A stretch of 64,000 nucleotides of DNA, from NCBI RefSeq assembly GCF_009914755.1, contig NC_060938.1; one strand, written 5' to 3'. Under the pieces are notes generated by a model that was not told the origin of the DNA, searched no databases, and worked only from the letters and a program-made list of their open reading frames with translations. Both the position numbers and the translations under genes were made by a program. Positions 12,913-26,799 of the stretch are shown here, one piece after another (position 1 is the stretch's first letter; the number at the start of each line of letters is the position of its first letter). This DNA is from the human T2T-CHM13v2.0 reference genome, Homo sapiens.

Positions 12913-14880
12913 CTAAAATTCTCATCTCTTACCAATAACATATCAGAGTTTCACTTGTTCTACATTCTCTCCAACATTTAATGTTGCTTGTCTTTAATTT
13001 TACCCATTCAGAAGCTAGAGTAGCTAAATAGAGTTATACCTCATTGTTTTAATTGGCAATTTCCTGATGACAAAAAGATGTCCAAAGATGTGTGCTTATT
13101 GGCCATTTGTTTATTTTCTTAATGGAAGTATTCATTCAAATCCTTTGCCTCTTTTTGTTAGGTTGCTTATCTTTTCATTATTTTTTTTAGTTCTTTATAT
13201 ATTCTGTATTTAAGTCTTTCAGATATATTTATTATAAATATCTTCTCCCAGTAGATACTTGGCTTTTCATTTTATTAACAGTGACTTTTAATAAGAAGAT
13301 ATTTTTAATTTAGATGAAGTTCAATTTTCCATTTTCCTTCTTTTTCTTTTCAGCATTAGTGCTTTCTTCTGTATAGTTCAATAAGTTGTTTCCAACCTCA
13401 AGGTTATGAAGGTAATCTTTTATGTTTGTTTCTTTCTAGAAGTTTATAGTACTGGCTTTTATGTTTCAGTTTATGATTGGGATTGTATTATTTTTATGTG
13501 TATGAAGTGAGACACAGGTTGAAGATTATTTCCCTGCACTGATATTTAGTTTCCTTACCCTCTCCCCTTTCACACTACCTTCCCCAACCTCCTAAATACC
13601 CAGTCTTGGAAAAGAGTTTCCTTTTGACATTGAATTGACTTGCAGCCTCAATTGAAAATCAATTGACCAAAAATGAGGAGGACTATTTCTGCATTCTCTA
13701 TTCTGCCCCATTGATTTGTTTATTCAAATGCCCTCATAACACTGTCTTGATTATAATAGCTTTATAGCTGGTTTTAATACCAGGTAGTGGGAGTCTGTCA
13801 ATTTTATTCTTTATTTTCAGATTCCTTTGTCTGTTATTGAACCTTTGCATTTTCATATAAAATCAAGAATTAGTTTTTCAATGCCCACAGAAAGAAAAAA
13901 GCTACTTGAATTTTGATTGGGATTGTCTGAATCTATACATTGATCTTGTTGAGAATGGACATCTTCTAATTTGTAGAAGTTACTTAGGTCTCCATTTGTT
14001 TGCTTAGTTATTTTACTTTTTTTCAGTGTCTTACTGTTTTCTTTGCAGAGGTTTTGAATATTTGTTTAATTATTCTTAAGATTTTTATGCTTCTTGATGC
14101 AATTGAAAAGGAAATATTTAAAATTTCATTTTACAATTCTTTGCTACTATGCAGAGATACTAGATAACTTTGCTAATATTCATGAGTTCTAGATATTATT
14201 GCTAGAACTCATGAAAATTTACCAAAGCCACAGCATGCAAGTTTATTACACACAAAAAACTCTGTATCAGTTTTTTGTACAATGTAATTTTTGTATAATA
14301 ACCTTGCACATTGTGACTTTGGTAAATTCTTATATGAGTTCTAGCAGTTACTTGGTATATTTTTAATATTTTCTGTGTAAACCATAATTAACCTAGAGCA
14401 ATAACTGTTACCTTTCCTCTCCAGTACCTTTGTCTTTTACTTATTTTTCTGACATTATTGCCCTGGATAGGCACAGTGTTGAATAATATGGGAAGTACAT
14501 ATTGAATACAAGTACAGTGTTGAATAATATGGGAAGATCAGATATCGTTTCATTAGCCCAGTTCCCACTATTTCCTCTTAGAAAGCGTTCCATATTTCAC
14601 CATTAGGCATGAGGTTAACTTGAGTTTTGATGATGACCTTTGTCAGATTGAAAGGTTCCCTTCTGTTCTACTTCCTGAGATTATTTTAAAACCACAAATG
14701 TTATTAAATTTCACCAAATGTTTATATGTATCAATTGATATTGTCTTTTTCTCTTTCATCCTACTTATATAGTAAACAAAATTAATTCTCTCAAATGTTA
14801 AACTAAACTGGTATTACTGATAATCTTACATTAAATGACTCCTTTTAGAATATTGCTAAATTCAGTTTGCTGATAGTATT

Positions 14881-15179
<299 letters not shown>

Positions 15180-16727
15180 CTGCTAATAGTGTTAAAGGAT
15201 CTGTTGGTCTGTGTTCAAAGATGTTGGTCTATAATTTCTTTTTTCTTATAACGTCTTTGTAAGGGTTTTTCAAGTGGATTATGGTGATTTCATAAAATGT
15301 TTTGCGAAGCTTCCTCTATTTTCTGAAAGAGTTTGTGTAAGATTGGCATTATTTCTTTCTTAAACTCTTGGTAGAATTTAACTGTGAAACTAACAGGGCC
15401 TGAAATTTTTATTAAGAAGGTTTTTAATGGACTTTTTTTTCCATTTTAGCTGTTTCCAAATTAAGTGGTATAAATTTGTTCATAATATTCTTTATTATAG
15501 TCTTAATATCTATACAGTCATCAGTGATATTATGCCTTCATGTATCCACTGATCTTTTTGAATCTGATCATTGACAATTTTTACCTAATTTGGAAACCAT
15601 TGTCACAAATTTTTTTCTCAATTCCATTCTCTATCTTTTCTTCAGGGATTCCAATTAGATGTAATTCAGACTGGTTGATATTTTCCTATAGGTTACTGAG
15701 ATTATGATCAATTTATCTGTTCTTCAGATTAGAGAATTTTTATTGACCTAGCTTTAAGTTCACTTTAAGTCTATAAAGTGAAATTTTCAATATACATACT
15801 GTAATTTATAGTTTTAAAATTTTTGTTTCTTTTTTTATAGTTTCCACTTCTGAGATTCTCCATCAGTTCACTCTAGTATTTTTTCTTTAAGTCCTGAACA
15901 TATTTACATCACCTGCTTTAAAATTATTTTCTGTGAATTCCAACTTTTAGTTATTTGGGTTTCTATTTCCATTGACTGGTTATTGAGTTTTTGTGTTTTT
16001 TTTTGTTTGTTTTTTTTTTTTTAAGATGCAGGATAGAATTTACCTGGTTTTGTTTGTTTGTTTGTTTGTTTGTTTGTTTGTTTGTTTTACTGTTCTACCA
16101 ATTTTTATTGTATCCCGGACGTTGTGGATGTTATATATTGACACTCTTGATATGTTGTTCCTTTGGAATGTGTCTATTTTTATTCTAACCAGCAAGCAAA
16201 TTACTAGTTGATTAATTTGAATTTTTTATGCTTTGTTATTTCAGATATGTTTTAGTTTTACTATTAGTTAGAAGGCAAATTCCACAATTCTGGAGTTTCA
16301 CTTGGGACTTTATTCTGGGCCTTCATCTATGCTGTTAACTTGTGATTCTTGTGGAGTTTTAGAGGGAATTCAGAGGTTTATCCACGTCCTCTACTTAGGG
16401 TAGATTCCAACTCCAAATTCAGTGTCCTGTGCTGTGGGCAGCCGCTGAAGTCTCTTCCAGCCTTGCTTCCTGCAGGGCTTATTAGAGTTTCCCCCACACA
16501 TGTGCAGTTTAAGGCTCAGCCAAGTTGGTGAATCAGGTAGAGATATGGGTTTGGAGTTTCCCTTTGTGTGGCTGTTATCCAGAATTACCCTCCCCCAAGT
16601 TTCCAGATCATCTGGAAACCCAAAACTCCATTCTCTTTTGCCTCCAGTAAATAAAACTGCAGCTTTCTGCTTGAGTTCTAGCCAACCTGTACTACATACA
16701 TTGAGAAGTTCCCTCAAGGTAAAAGCT

Positions 16728-16729
<2 letters not shown>

Positions 16730-16779
<50 letters not shown>
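16730..16779. repeat. (CA)n microsatellite, ~25 units
   Basis: Perfect CA run. Confidence 0.98.
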
Positions 16780-16781
<2 letters not shown>

Positions 16782-17025
16782 TCATTTTTTCAGAGTCATG
16801 TTCCATTTTCTCATTTTCTGGCTGTTTTACTTTGCTCCCCTGTGCCTTCAATTTATTTGTTTTTCAATATTTTGTCCAGATTTATGATTGTTATCAGAGA
16901 AAGAGTCTTGCCATTACTGGAACCAGAATACTTTCATAATGATTTCTTAAAAACCATGAAACCTATGTACCTTACCAGCTACATCTTCTTTCATTTGCAA
17001 TAAAATCTCAGAATCTAGTCTGCAT

Positions 17026-17150
17026 CAGTGCTTCTCAACCTTAGCTGCACATTGAATTACATGGAGAATTAACTGGTCCTTTGGTTGCATCCCTAGGCAT
17101 TTTTTTAAAGCTCCCTAGGTAATTCTAACAGCCAAGGTTTAAAACCACTG
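17026..17150. mobile_element. MER5B-like hAT-Charlie MITE
   Basis: Terminal inverted repeats cagtgcttctcaacctt / aaggtttaaaaccactg. Confidence 0.75.
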
Positions 17151-17341
17151 CCTTACATAAATTTCCCCTGCATTATTCTCCTACACTTTCTCAATCACCT
17201 TCCTTACTTACCAAACTCTACTTATAGGGCTTTTTTTCTGTTTCACAAACACAAAACTTTTTGTGCCTATTCTTTCTGCTTCCTGAAATTCTTTGCTATT
17301 GTATCTTTTGCATTCATGTCTTAACTTAAATGCCACCTCCT

Positions 17342-17815
17342 ATGACAGTGAATTTTATGTGTCAATTTATGACAATTTTATGTGTCACGGTGCCTGTATA
17401 TTTGGTCAGATATTATTCCGGATATTTCTGTGAGGATGTTTTTGGACGAGATTACCATTTAAATGGGTAGACTTTGAATAAATGAGATCACGATCTATTA
17501 TGTGGGTGGGCCTCATTCAATCAGTTGAAGGCCTGAATAGAACAAAACGCTAAACTCCTCTGAGCAAGAGGGAATTCTGCAGCCAATGGCTTTTGGACTT
17601 GAACTGCAACATCACCTTTTCTATGGCCTTCAGCCTGGCATCTTTCAGACTGACATCCTTCAGATTTGAACTGAAACATTTGATCTACCACAGGTATCCA
17701 GTATCATGGCCTTTGGACTTGAATCACAACATCAACTCTTCCCTGAGTCTCCAGGCTTCCTGCTCACCCTGCAGATTTTGGACTTGCCCGTCTCCTTTAT
17801 TGCATAAGCCAATAA
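17342..17815 (+). mobile_element. MLT2B-like ERVL solo LTR
   Basis: aattttatgtgtcaa...tgtgggtgggcctcattcaatcagttgaaggcctgaatagaacaaaa...cctgcagattttggacttgcc. Confidence 0.82.
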
Positions 17816-17819
17816 TTCA

Positions 17820-17893
17820 AATATGTCTGCTGTACCTACAACATTTAGCACTTACATGTGAATACTCATTCAGTAAATTATTAAGCGTATGAA
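17820..17893 (+). mobile_element. L2 3' terminus
   Basis: ctgctgtacctacaacatttagcac...tcagtaaattattaagcgtatgaa. Confidence 0.5.
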
Positions 17894-17953
17894 CTAGTAA
17901 AGGAGATAGTGGCTGGCAATATTATTCTACATGTCTACTTGTGTTTATTCTTG

Positions 17954-17956
<3 letters not shown>

Positions 17957-17988
<32 letters not shown>
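17957..17988. repeat. (TA)n microsatellite
   Basis: Perfect TA run. Confidence 0.97.
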
Positions 17989-17989
<1 letters not shown>

Positions 17990-17991
<2 letters not shown>

Positions 17992-20510
17992 AGGTGAGTG
18001 ATAGAGAAGGAAATAACCCACAAACACTGTGAACAGGAACCAAGACTCCAAGACTCGGGCGTACTCCCTCTACCCTCAGCCTCAGTTTTTCGAGACATTC
18101 CCCCCAAGCTGATTTTCTTTTAAACAAGATACCCAAATCAGCAGCAAAGTACCTGGGGTGGTAACTGAGATTTAAAACACTGAGAATGAGAGGGGGAATG
18201 TCCAAAAGTAGAAGTTGGGGAGAAAAGGGAAGGATCAAGGGAGAAGCTAGGCTCTGGAGGACAGGGTTGGGCCACAAGAGGTGGAAGTAAGAAGCCAGTA
18301 TGAGGGGTACCCGTCCTGACCGCTGTCACCTATAAAAGACATACCAGAAAATTTTAATAGGGGATTCAATTTCAAAAACAAACATCTGGGTCATAACAAA
18401 GCATCATTTTTTTGCAGAATTCTCTTTTAAGATCCCAGTCCTGTTTTCACTCTTGTACGTATACATCATGTAACTGAAGTCCTGAAATTAGTGTCACTCC
18501 ATATCACATATTTAACCCTCAATTTTATTTCAGAAGCCAGTAAGAACAAATATATCACATTTGGGTTAAAATTCAATTTAGGTTAGTCACAATGTTTGGA
18601 TCTCTGAGAAAGGCTATACATCTCTTTACTCATCAATTCCCACCAACCCCTTTTTAAAGGAAACTTGTGGAGATTCCATTGAAGACCACTTCACAATGCC
18701 TGACTTGGGCTCTGGCATGAGGAGGACAGATCAGATGTTGCAACTCGAAGAAATGAAAGTAAAATGTTCTATCTTCCAATGCATAAAGACTTTTCATTCA
18801 TTGGAAATAAATTTCTGAAAGATTTTTCTCTAGCTTCATAAATAAACCAAGGATCAGTGAATTCATATCCTCATCAATGATATCTTTAGACCAAAAGGAA
18901 GTTCTTTGTTATGTTGATGTAAAAATTACTTTTGTGTAATGCTCATCCACTGGGGCTAACTCCACTATTTGAAACAGCACAGATGGCATCTCTTCATGTA
19001 CATGATCATTTCTCAGTTCTATGAAGCCAAAAAAGCCTCTCTTCTCTTGGCTTTGGCTTCTATTCCACTGCAATAACTTAGCCAAGATCCTTCGAGAGAT
19101 CCAAATAGGATGTGGATTCTGGATTCTTCACCTCCTAATTGCTCTCTTTCTAGATGCTTTCAATGTGATGACTGACCTCTAACATGTGTCCTCCGTCAAA
19201 CTCCACATGAGATCTGATCACAAATCAGTTTCTACATTACTCCAATTGATCGCTGAAGCCATAGCCACCCTTATACTGAGCAAAAAGTGGATTTTGTTTA
19301 CATTTAACACAAGAAAGTATCAGGAACCACATAGTTCTCTTATTTGACTCATTATTTCTGACTGTGCCTTGAAGCTTAACTTGTTTTTCATTTTATAATC
19401 CTTCAGAAAGCAAATATCCCAAGACAGAAAGCAAACGACTGAAGAAAAACAGCTCTCTAGTTGCACGGATGGGCCACTGGTGCACTGATCTAATGATGCA
19501 TGGTTTAAGTTGGGAATATAAACAAAGCAACTAAGGTCCTGAAACTGACTAACTGCATGTATAGGAAAAAATGTAGCCACTCCTTAAAGGTCTTCTAATG
19601 TGTATTTATTTTACTATTTTTTAATGGGGTCTAGCAGGACAAATTAATGTTTCCATCAGAGAGAAAGTGCCTTTTAAGTGCAAAACATTTTTCAGAAACT
19701 CCTTCCAACACCAGCATAGATGACATCACCAGAAGAGGGATTGTTTAACTAAAAGGGATCATTATCTGTCATTGGGATTTCTCTTCACTGAACAAGCAAT
19801 TAGTCTGTCAAAGATGGACTGAGTTCTTAAAATAATGTCTAAAAGATGCTTACAGCATCTCTCAGTGTTCCTGACAAATAGAAAGATTGGTTTTCATGTA
19901 GAAGTGAGGTTCTAGCTGTTTGTTTTCATGAGAAAAAATAATAACTAGTTTTTAGAAAGTCTTTCATATCTGTTTGGTTTATCTCCAGTCTCATTTTTCA
20001 TATTTCAAGATAATTCTATACATGCTTTTGCCCCCCAGTAACTACATGTTTTGATGCAAAATTGCCATAGTTACACTAATACCCATCTTTGCAAAACATA
20101 TGACAGGTAATCACTGAGAAGCAGTGAAATAAATACCACACAAGGGGAAACAATCTATTCTACAATGGAGACTCTGACCATTCTTGCCATTCATTCTAAG
20201 ATCGTTCGATCTAAGTTTCATTAAAATGATTACATTCGCCCCTGAACTTATAAAGAATAATTGAAAAAAGATAAGTTTAAAAAGAGAGAAGCAGTTCTGT
20301 CTACTCAGAAGCAAAGGTTGGCTCCCCTAAATTGAATCAAACTCTGGATGGAACTAATCAGATTTTTCTCAGATTAGCAGTTCATTGGGTAAACAGACAA
20401 AAGGCTACTTTTAAGATAAATGTTCTTAATATCAACTCCATAACATGGTAAGCTCGATCCATTACATTTATCCCCACCAAAAGCATCACAAATCACATAT
20501 AGATTTTTTT
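17990..20510 (-). mobile_element. Putative ancient non-LTR retrotransposon ORF fossil (APE endonuclease + reverse transcriptase; RTE/RTE-X-like), decayed
   Basis: Hand translation of the minus strand gives colinear degenerate motifs LSVYP, DLRMNG, RIDC, SD/LPV (endonuclease-like), then EEMPSVLFQ, FWSKDIIDEDMNSLILGLFMKLEK..IY, LMPEPKSGIVK, IRTRVKTG, FIGDS, DLGILF..W (RT-like). One frame has only ~6 internal stops over ~310 codons (19580-18655). No database search was run. Confidence 0.5.
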
Positions 20511-20922
20511 TAAAAAAAGAAAAATGAGGAGTTACAAGTTCATTATATTAGAACTATAGTTTTAAATGACTTTTGGAAATACTGCAGATTAATTTTTCAC
20601 TATAATGACCTATCTATTGAAAAATGGTGATCTAACATTATAAATAAATATAGCAAGTATTTATTTACCTGACTTGCCACAAAATTCTATAAAATCATGA
20701 GCAGTTTTCTTAAACTTTTGACTAGAAATAAATATATAGCATCTATTAGCAAATTCACAGGTTTTTCCTTCACTTCTGAAATTGTTAAGATAAAATATTT
20801 TTACATGTAAATTTAAATTGGTCTTTGTTTATTGTGTCTGCTCCAATTGTTTCTTCTCTCTTCTCTCCCAAACTGGTAAACATAAACTGGTGAACCTAAT
20901 TGGGTATATTTTCTTCCCTCAT

Positions 20923-20923
<1 letters not shown>

Positions 20924-20960
<37 letters not shown>
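20924..20960. repeat. (CA)n microsatellite
   Basis: Perfect CA run. Confidence 0.97.
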
Positions 20961-20962
<2 letters not shown>

Positions 20963-21074
20963 ATGAATATGCACTGTATACAGGGGAAACAATGATAATG
21001 ATATGTAATAATGATATGTAGAGCTGCAATGGCTGGATTTTAAGTTCAGTACAGGAACACAACTTGGAATATAC

Positions 21075-22185
21075 AAAAATGTATTTATCCCATTCTCATA
21101 TTGATGAACATTTAATTTTTTCCAGTTTCCCCTTTTGTAAATAACGTTCTGATAATCTTCCTGTAAATGTAGCCTAATGCACATGTGTAAGGTTTTTCAG
21201 GGTTGTTGGATATCAACGTGTAATCTACAGACACCAGAGGATGCTGGGGACTTTTCAGGGGGTCTGCAAGACTGAAATCTTTCCATGATTATTCTAAGGC
21301 AGTATTGGCCTTTTCACTTTCATGCTCTTAGGTTTTTGAGAGGCTAATGACATGGCGTGACATCATTCTTTTGATGGCTCATAGAATTTGTGTGCTTCTA
21401 TATTATTGTATTTTCAAAACTTCATATATTGATATGGAAAATATCAACATATAAACCCACATAACTAAAAAGTGTCCGGTGCAATCTATTATTTTGGGGT
21501 ATAAAGTGATCCTAAAACCAAAACTTTTGAAAACTACTGTGAGGAGTAATATATACTTAGAAATATATAGAAATAAGAATTTTTTTGATATTAACATAGT
21601 GCTCTCCAAAGTATCTATTCTACTTTATATTCCCATCAAGAATTCATCTTACCTTTCCTCCTTACTTAGTATTCCAAGACCGATTCATTTCTATAAACAT
21701 AATAGGAGAAAATAACACCTTAAAGTATTGTTTTTATTTTTAATGGTTAAATATGAAGGAAAAACAGGAACCCATATAATATCTGTATATCCACAGTTCA
21801 TATTTAATGAATGTTAACATTTTGCCACATTTACTTTATTTTTCTAACAAACTTAAAAACATTTAAAGAAAATAAAAGTACTTTTTGGAAGAAGATTTGC
21901 CATTTTCCTAATATTTTGAAACATTTTGTAATATGTTTCTTTATATATAATATATCATCTGAATTGTGTGACTTTTGATTTATATCAATGACATTATATT
22001 GTACATCTCCAACAGCAACTTGTTTTTTTACTCAATTTTTTACGATATATTCATGTTGATACAAGCACATTTTATTTGTTGAAACCCCCTCCATAGAATA
22101 TTAAAGTATATAGCAGTCTTTGTTTTTATTTTCTTTTACTGATGGCCATGGTAGTTATTTCCACATTTTTCACTACCCTACTATA
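21075..22185 (-). mobile_element. Old L1ME 3' fragments
   Basis: tttatcccattctcatattgatgaacattt...tttccagttt; gttaacattttgccacattt; tttttactcaa...attcatgttgat. Confidence 0.55.
21227..21539. mobile_element. hAT-Charlie non-autonomous DNA transposon (Charlie7/MER106/MER119-like) inserted in L1
   Basis: ttttcagggggtctgcaag...ttggccttttcac...ataaacccacataa...ccaaaacttttgaaaactactg. Confidence 0.6.
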
Positions 22186-22435
22186 AAGGCAAACCTTCTC
22201 AGAGTTTAATAGGAGTGATACAAGCATAAGCACATTTTATAAAGCCACTCTATCTCCTCCTACCTGGAGAGTAGATTGGATTCCTTGCATGAATGATGCA
22301 AGGAAGTAACAGCAGTGATTAATTCCCATAACCTATGTTAAATAGCTTAGACCAGGGTGGTAATGGTGAAAACAACAAGAACAAAGATAGATGAGATCTA
22401 GCAATGTTTAGGGGGTAAAAATCAACAAAACTTGA

Positions 22436-22739
<304 letters not shown>

Positions 22740-24385
22740 CTTGGCATAGCAATTTTGATGTGATTGGTAAGGAAGAGAAAAATATAATTTAGTAAATACT
22801 AATTGAACTTTATATTTTAACAAAAGAATTGTAGAAAATGTACATCTGGAAGATACACTAAACCAAAGATTTAGCATTTCCGTCATAATGTACTCTACCA
22901 TCAGTCAGAGTCCTCTTTCAGAGATGCTTGTATCATTACAGCTTCCTACTGTTGTCCAATTTTTTTGTTTGCTTTTGCTTTTGTTGTCCGATTTGTTATC
23001 AAACATGTAATAGCACATCTCTCCTTGGACCTATCCTTAAACTTGTCCCTGAATTCAAGCCACCGAGTTCTGCTTTTGATTTTCCTCATCAATGCTTCTG
23101 TTCCTTGCTTTGCCTTTTACTTTGCCAGAGACGTTGGCTAGTGTATGCACTCCTCCTTCCAGATCCACTTCAAAAGTCACTCTTCACCCACCTTCCAGCA
23201 AAATTAACCACATCACATCTATGTTCACACAGCACTCTGTTACGGAGCTTACACTGTATTGTGCTCCTTTTGTTTTTTTTTAATCTTCTTGTTCGCTTTT
23301 GTCTGATGGAAATGTCTATTGATCTATCTTCAAGCTTGCTGACATAGTAAGTATTCAACAAATATTATCTAGTATTATTATGAGCACTCGCTACGTACTA
23401 GCCACTGTTCTGGACTTAAATAATAAATGGAATGTATCTGCATTTATCCTGAAAGCAAAAACAACACCTCATTCGTCAGTTAAGTTCATTTATCCCTAGC
23501 TGGGCTGATTGGAGTCAGCCTTGGGGCTCCTTTGCTCTGGCTCTCTTCTATCAGGCATTTCTGCTCTAACTTTCCAAAGCTTGCAGTTGTCCTCAATTCT
23601 GCCTTTGCTTTATAAAGCCCCAAACACAATCAGCTTTCGATGGCAGCTAAATCTGCCATAGAAAAACCATGAAAGCCAGAAACTCAGTAGGGCCATCCTC
23701 ATCCTCTGCGAGCAGCCTTCCACCCTCATCTGCCTGAATTTGCCTGCTCTGTGGCGCCAAGTTTTGTTTTTGTTTTTTAATATTTTTTTAGTTTATAATG
23801 ATAATCCGTGAGAGTCAGAGTCCAGTGACTGTTACTTAGTTGCTAACATGTATTGTGCTTATCTTTGTATTTGCCCATCTCTACTCCAAATTGTAATCTC
23901 CCAAGGAACTTAATTCTGGCATTATTTATCTTTCTTTTCTCTAGTAGCATCTAAAAAAAAGTGAAAACAGCAGAAGAAAATTTTTAGAATTGTACCCACA
24001 TATTAGACACTTAACATATCCTTTAATTCTTCACTGTTAGAAAAGTTTTATACTCTTCTTTCACTAGTTTAAAATAATTCTATATTAATGTTATATATTT
24101 GACACCCTCTATAACAATTTAAAAATATAGATATTAGATTATTTCCAGTAGCTTTTAAAACTGAAATATTGGTAATTAAGCATTCACTGGGATATTTTTC
24201 TATGTAGAGAAATATATACCACAAAGACCCACAAAACATATAAAATCTCTGGGAAAAAAAATATTGCTGCAAAACAGGCACAATAAAAATGCTACGTTAA
24301 ATATTTAATCGAGAAGGCTTTGGAATAGGAAAACAATTTCAGAAGACTATTGGCTCCCACTAGTGTCCCCGAGTTACTAGGGCTA

Positions 24386-24765
24386 TCAAAAAACAAAATG
24401 ACAACAATTTTAAAGATCTTAATTGGCTTTTATTCATGATTCTAGAATCAGCCCTCAGAATTAGAACAAGATCTAAGAATTCCAGAGTCGTAAGGTGGTC
24501 AGATGATAATTATGGACAGAAAATGGAAGTGATGCATAAATACGGCCTAATTGGTTACAGCTTGGTGTTTTGCCTTATTTTAATCATCTGGCCACCTGTG
24601 ATTTATTGGGGCTCAGCTGCTGTGATTGACTAAGACTCAAGCACTTGTTTCAATAGTTGAGGACTCCTAAGTGAGGCTTTTCCTGTTAGACTACGTATTA
24701 AGCAAGGTCAGAGTTTGCCAGGTAAGGACTCAATATGGAGGCCTCCTCAGGCTTAACTTATTAAC
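24386..24765 (-). mobile_element. ERV1 solo LTR (MER57/MER93-like)
   Basis: aaagatcttaattggcttttattcatgattctagaatc...ggacagaaaatggaagtga...attggttacagcttggtgttttgccttattt...gctgctgtgattgactaagactca. Confidence 0.7.
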
Positions 24766-26799
24766 CTCACAGAGCCACATTGTCTCTCCTTTAAGATCTG
24801 ACATGTTCTGGAGGCTCCACATTGGCTATATTTGAAATAAGCATAGGCAACTTGAATTCCTCAGAATGCTTCCTTTTACACAAATTCTTAATTAATAAAT
24901 ATAAGAATTTGAATTCCCATATATTTTTTTTTTCAAAGAATTTCCTTGAACAACCTCCAGATGTGGGCAGAAAGAGGAGAATTGTTTGCAGCCACCAATA
25001 GGCAGTGGGATATCCCGGACATTTAGCTCAAGGATACCATGTGTAATAAATGTTCTTTAAATAAATTACATGCTATTAAAAAAAAATGAATTTCCAGTAT
25101 GTTTTCTGAGATTCCAAAGTTTGCTATTCCTGCTTTAAGTTAAAACATAATGATGATATCATTAAAACATGAGATTTGGCATTTTAAAAATCTGTTAACA
25201 ACTATTAAAAATCAGAGGTGAATAAAAAAATACCTCTTATTCCATAAGCATTTATTGGGTACTAATTATGGTTTGGGAAAAATGGTGGGCCATTGAATTA
25301 TTTTACACTCACAATGCAATTATAGCCAATGTGTTACAAACACAGCTAAAAAGGACATATTCTAGCCCATCCTATTCACAATCTTATAAAATCTCTTTTT
25401 CCAAACACACACAAAAATCACTTTTTCTAATTTGTTATTTTCACCAGCTATTTGGTCATTAGCCCATCTTTCTTGCCACTAATACACTTTTGAGTCATTT
25501 CTTTACTTTTTTTCTCAAAACATCTGGGACATTTCCTTATAAATACTATGATTTCCTTTCCTAATGTTTTTCCTTCACTCTTCAACTAACTCCCTACATG
25601 TTCTCACATTCTCTTTTTCCTGAGTACTTTATTTTTCTAAATCCTGCCTTGTACTTCTCTCTGAAGCCTGCAAATAAGCGTCTCCAGAAAGAATTAGATA
25701 GTGTTAGAACTCCATCAGATTAACCTCTGTCTTTATTCTTTTGCCAACACACTTAGTCTACGTGACAAAAATTAAATTCATAAGAAGGGACACTGAAATT
25801 CAAATCCAGCAGGATGAAATGATCCTACTTAAATGCAAAATAAACTGTGTAATCCCATCCCTATAAGTGGTGTGAGAAATTCCTCTCCACCACATCGCAT
25901 TCCACCCACTTCTTTCAGAGCAAAAATGTGAATCAAAACAATTTAATTAAAGCCAGAGCCATTTCCTGTGTAAAAGAGAGAGAAGGCATTAAAAATTATG
26001 TAGCAGGATAACTTACGGAAGTACTAATTTCTATACTGTCCTCAATGTTACAGGGCTTAATGAAATGAAAAAGTAATAATAATAATAATAATAACATGTC
26101 CCTTTCCCTTCCCTAGGTGGAAGGATAACCAACCCTTCTGTTTAAAGGTGTAATTTCTTCACATCAGCATCTGTTTTAAGGAATTAGGCTGCAACATACT
26201 TTAAGGTCATGAATAAGTCTTCTGCTGGTATTAGAAGACATAAGTGACTCGATATGGAGGAAGATGATGTCTCAAAGACAGGAAAAGTAATATCTTATGG
26301 GGAGGGACCCCTCAAGTAGTGAAGATACATGAATTTTCTGAAAAGTAGGCCCCAAGAGGTTGTGTTCTTAGTGCTACAACTTGGAAGGCTTGATCCAAAC
26401 ATTTGTGTCCAAAATTAGCATGGAACCAATGAAGCTGAATGATTTTAGTAAATAATGATGACAGTGCATCAGAAGCAATAAGCAAATCACCACAAGGGAT
26501 GAAAGAGCAAAGACCCTCTCCAAAATATCTGGGCTTACCTGAACTAAAGATGGTACCCTAGCCAAATTCATTTGATTTAGTTTTGTTTGTTTGTTTGTTT
26601 TTAACATGTCGTTTTCTTTACCTGTGCAGTGAGGAGCAAAGGCATATCATTCACATCTGATGCTGGAATTTGACATCACCACCTACAAGGCGAATAGGAA
26701 GGAACCAAATGTGCCCAGCACAATTGTGGGAAGACATTATTTCTAATGACATAGCCAGAGCCTTGCTCTTGGGGCAACTATTTGTTTCACAATATGGAC

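Noticed and set aside
14473-14536. 23-bp direct repeat acagtgttgaataatatgggaag
   Set aside because: Ordinary small duplication inside a dead L1.
16391-17003. Longest ORFs (128 and 167 aa)
   Set aside because: They run through a (CA)n microsatellite and old L1 sequence, with no domain-like content.
17990-19780. Endogenous bornavirus-like N, M or L interpretation (IPNLNHAS, RLRVEGVRP, DPFxLN resemblances)
   Set aside because: Isolated short resemblances with inconsistent spacing and no poly-A or TSD. The colinear LINE endonuclease/RT motifs explain the region better, though a profile search should include viral families.
23635-23664. 12-bp hairpin tttcgatggcag/ctgccatagaaa
   Set aside because: Short and imperfect; expected by chance in 64 kb.
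24988-25008. CTCF-like site gccaccaataggcagtg
   Set aside because: Mismatches in the central high-information positions.
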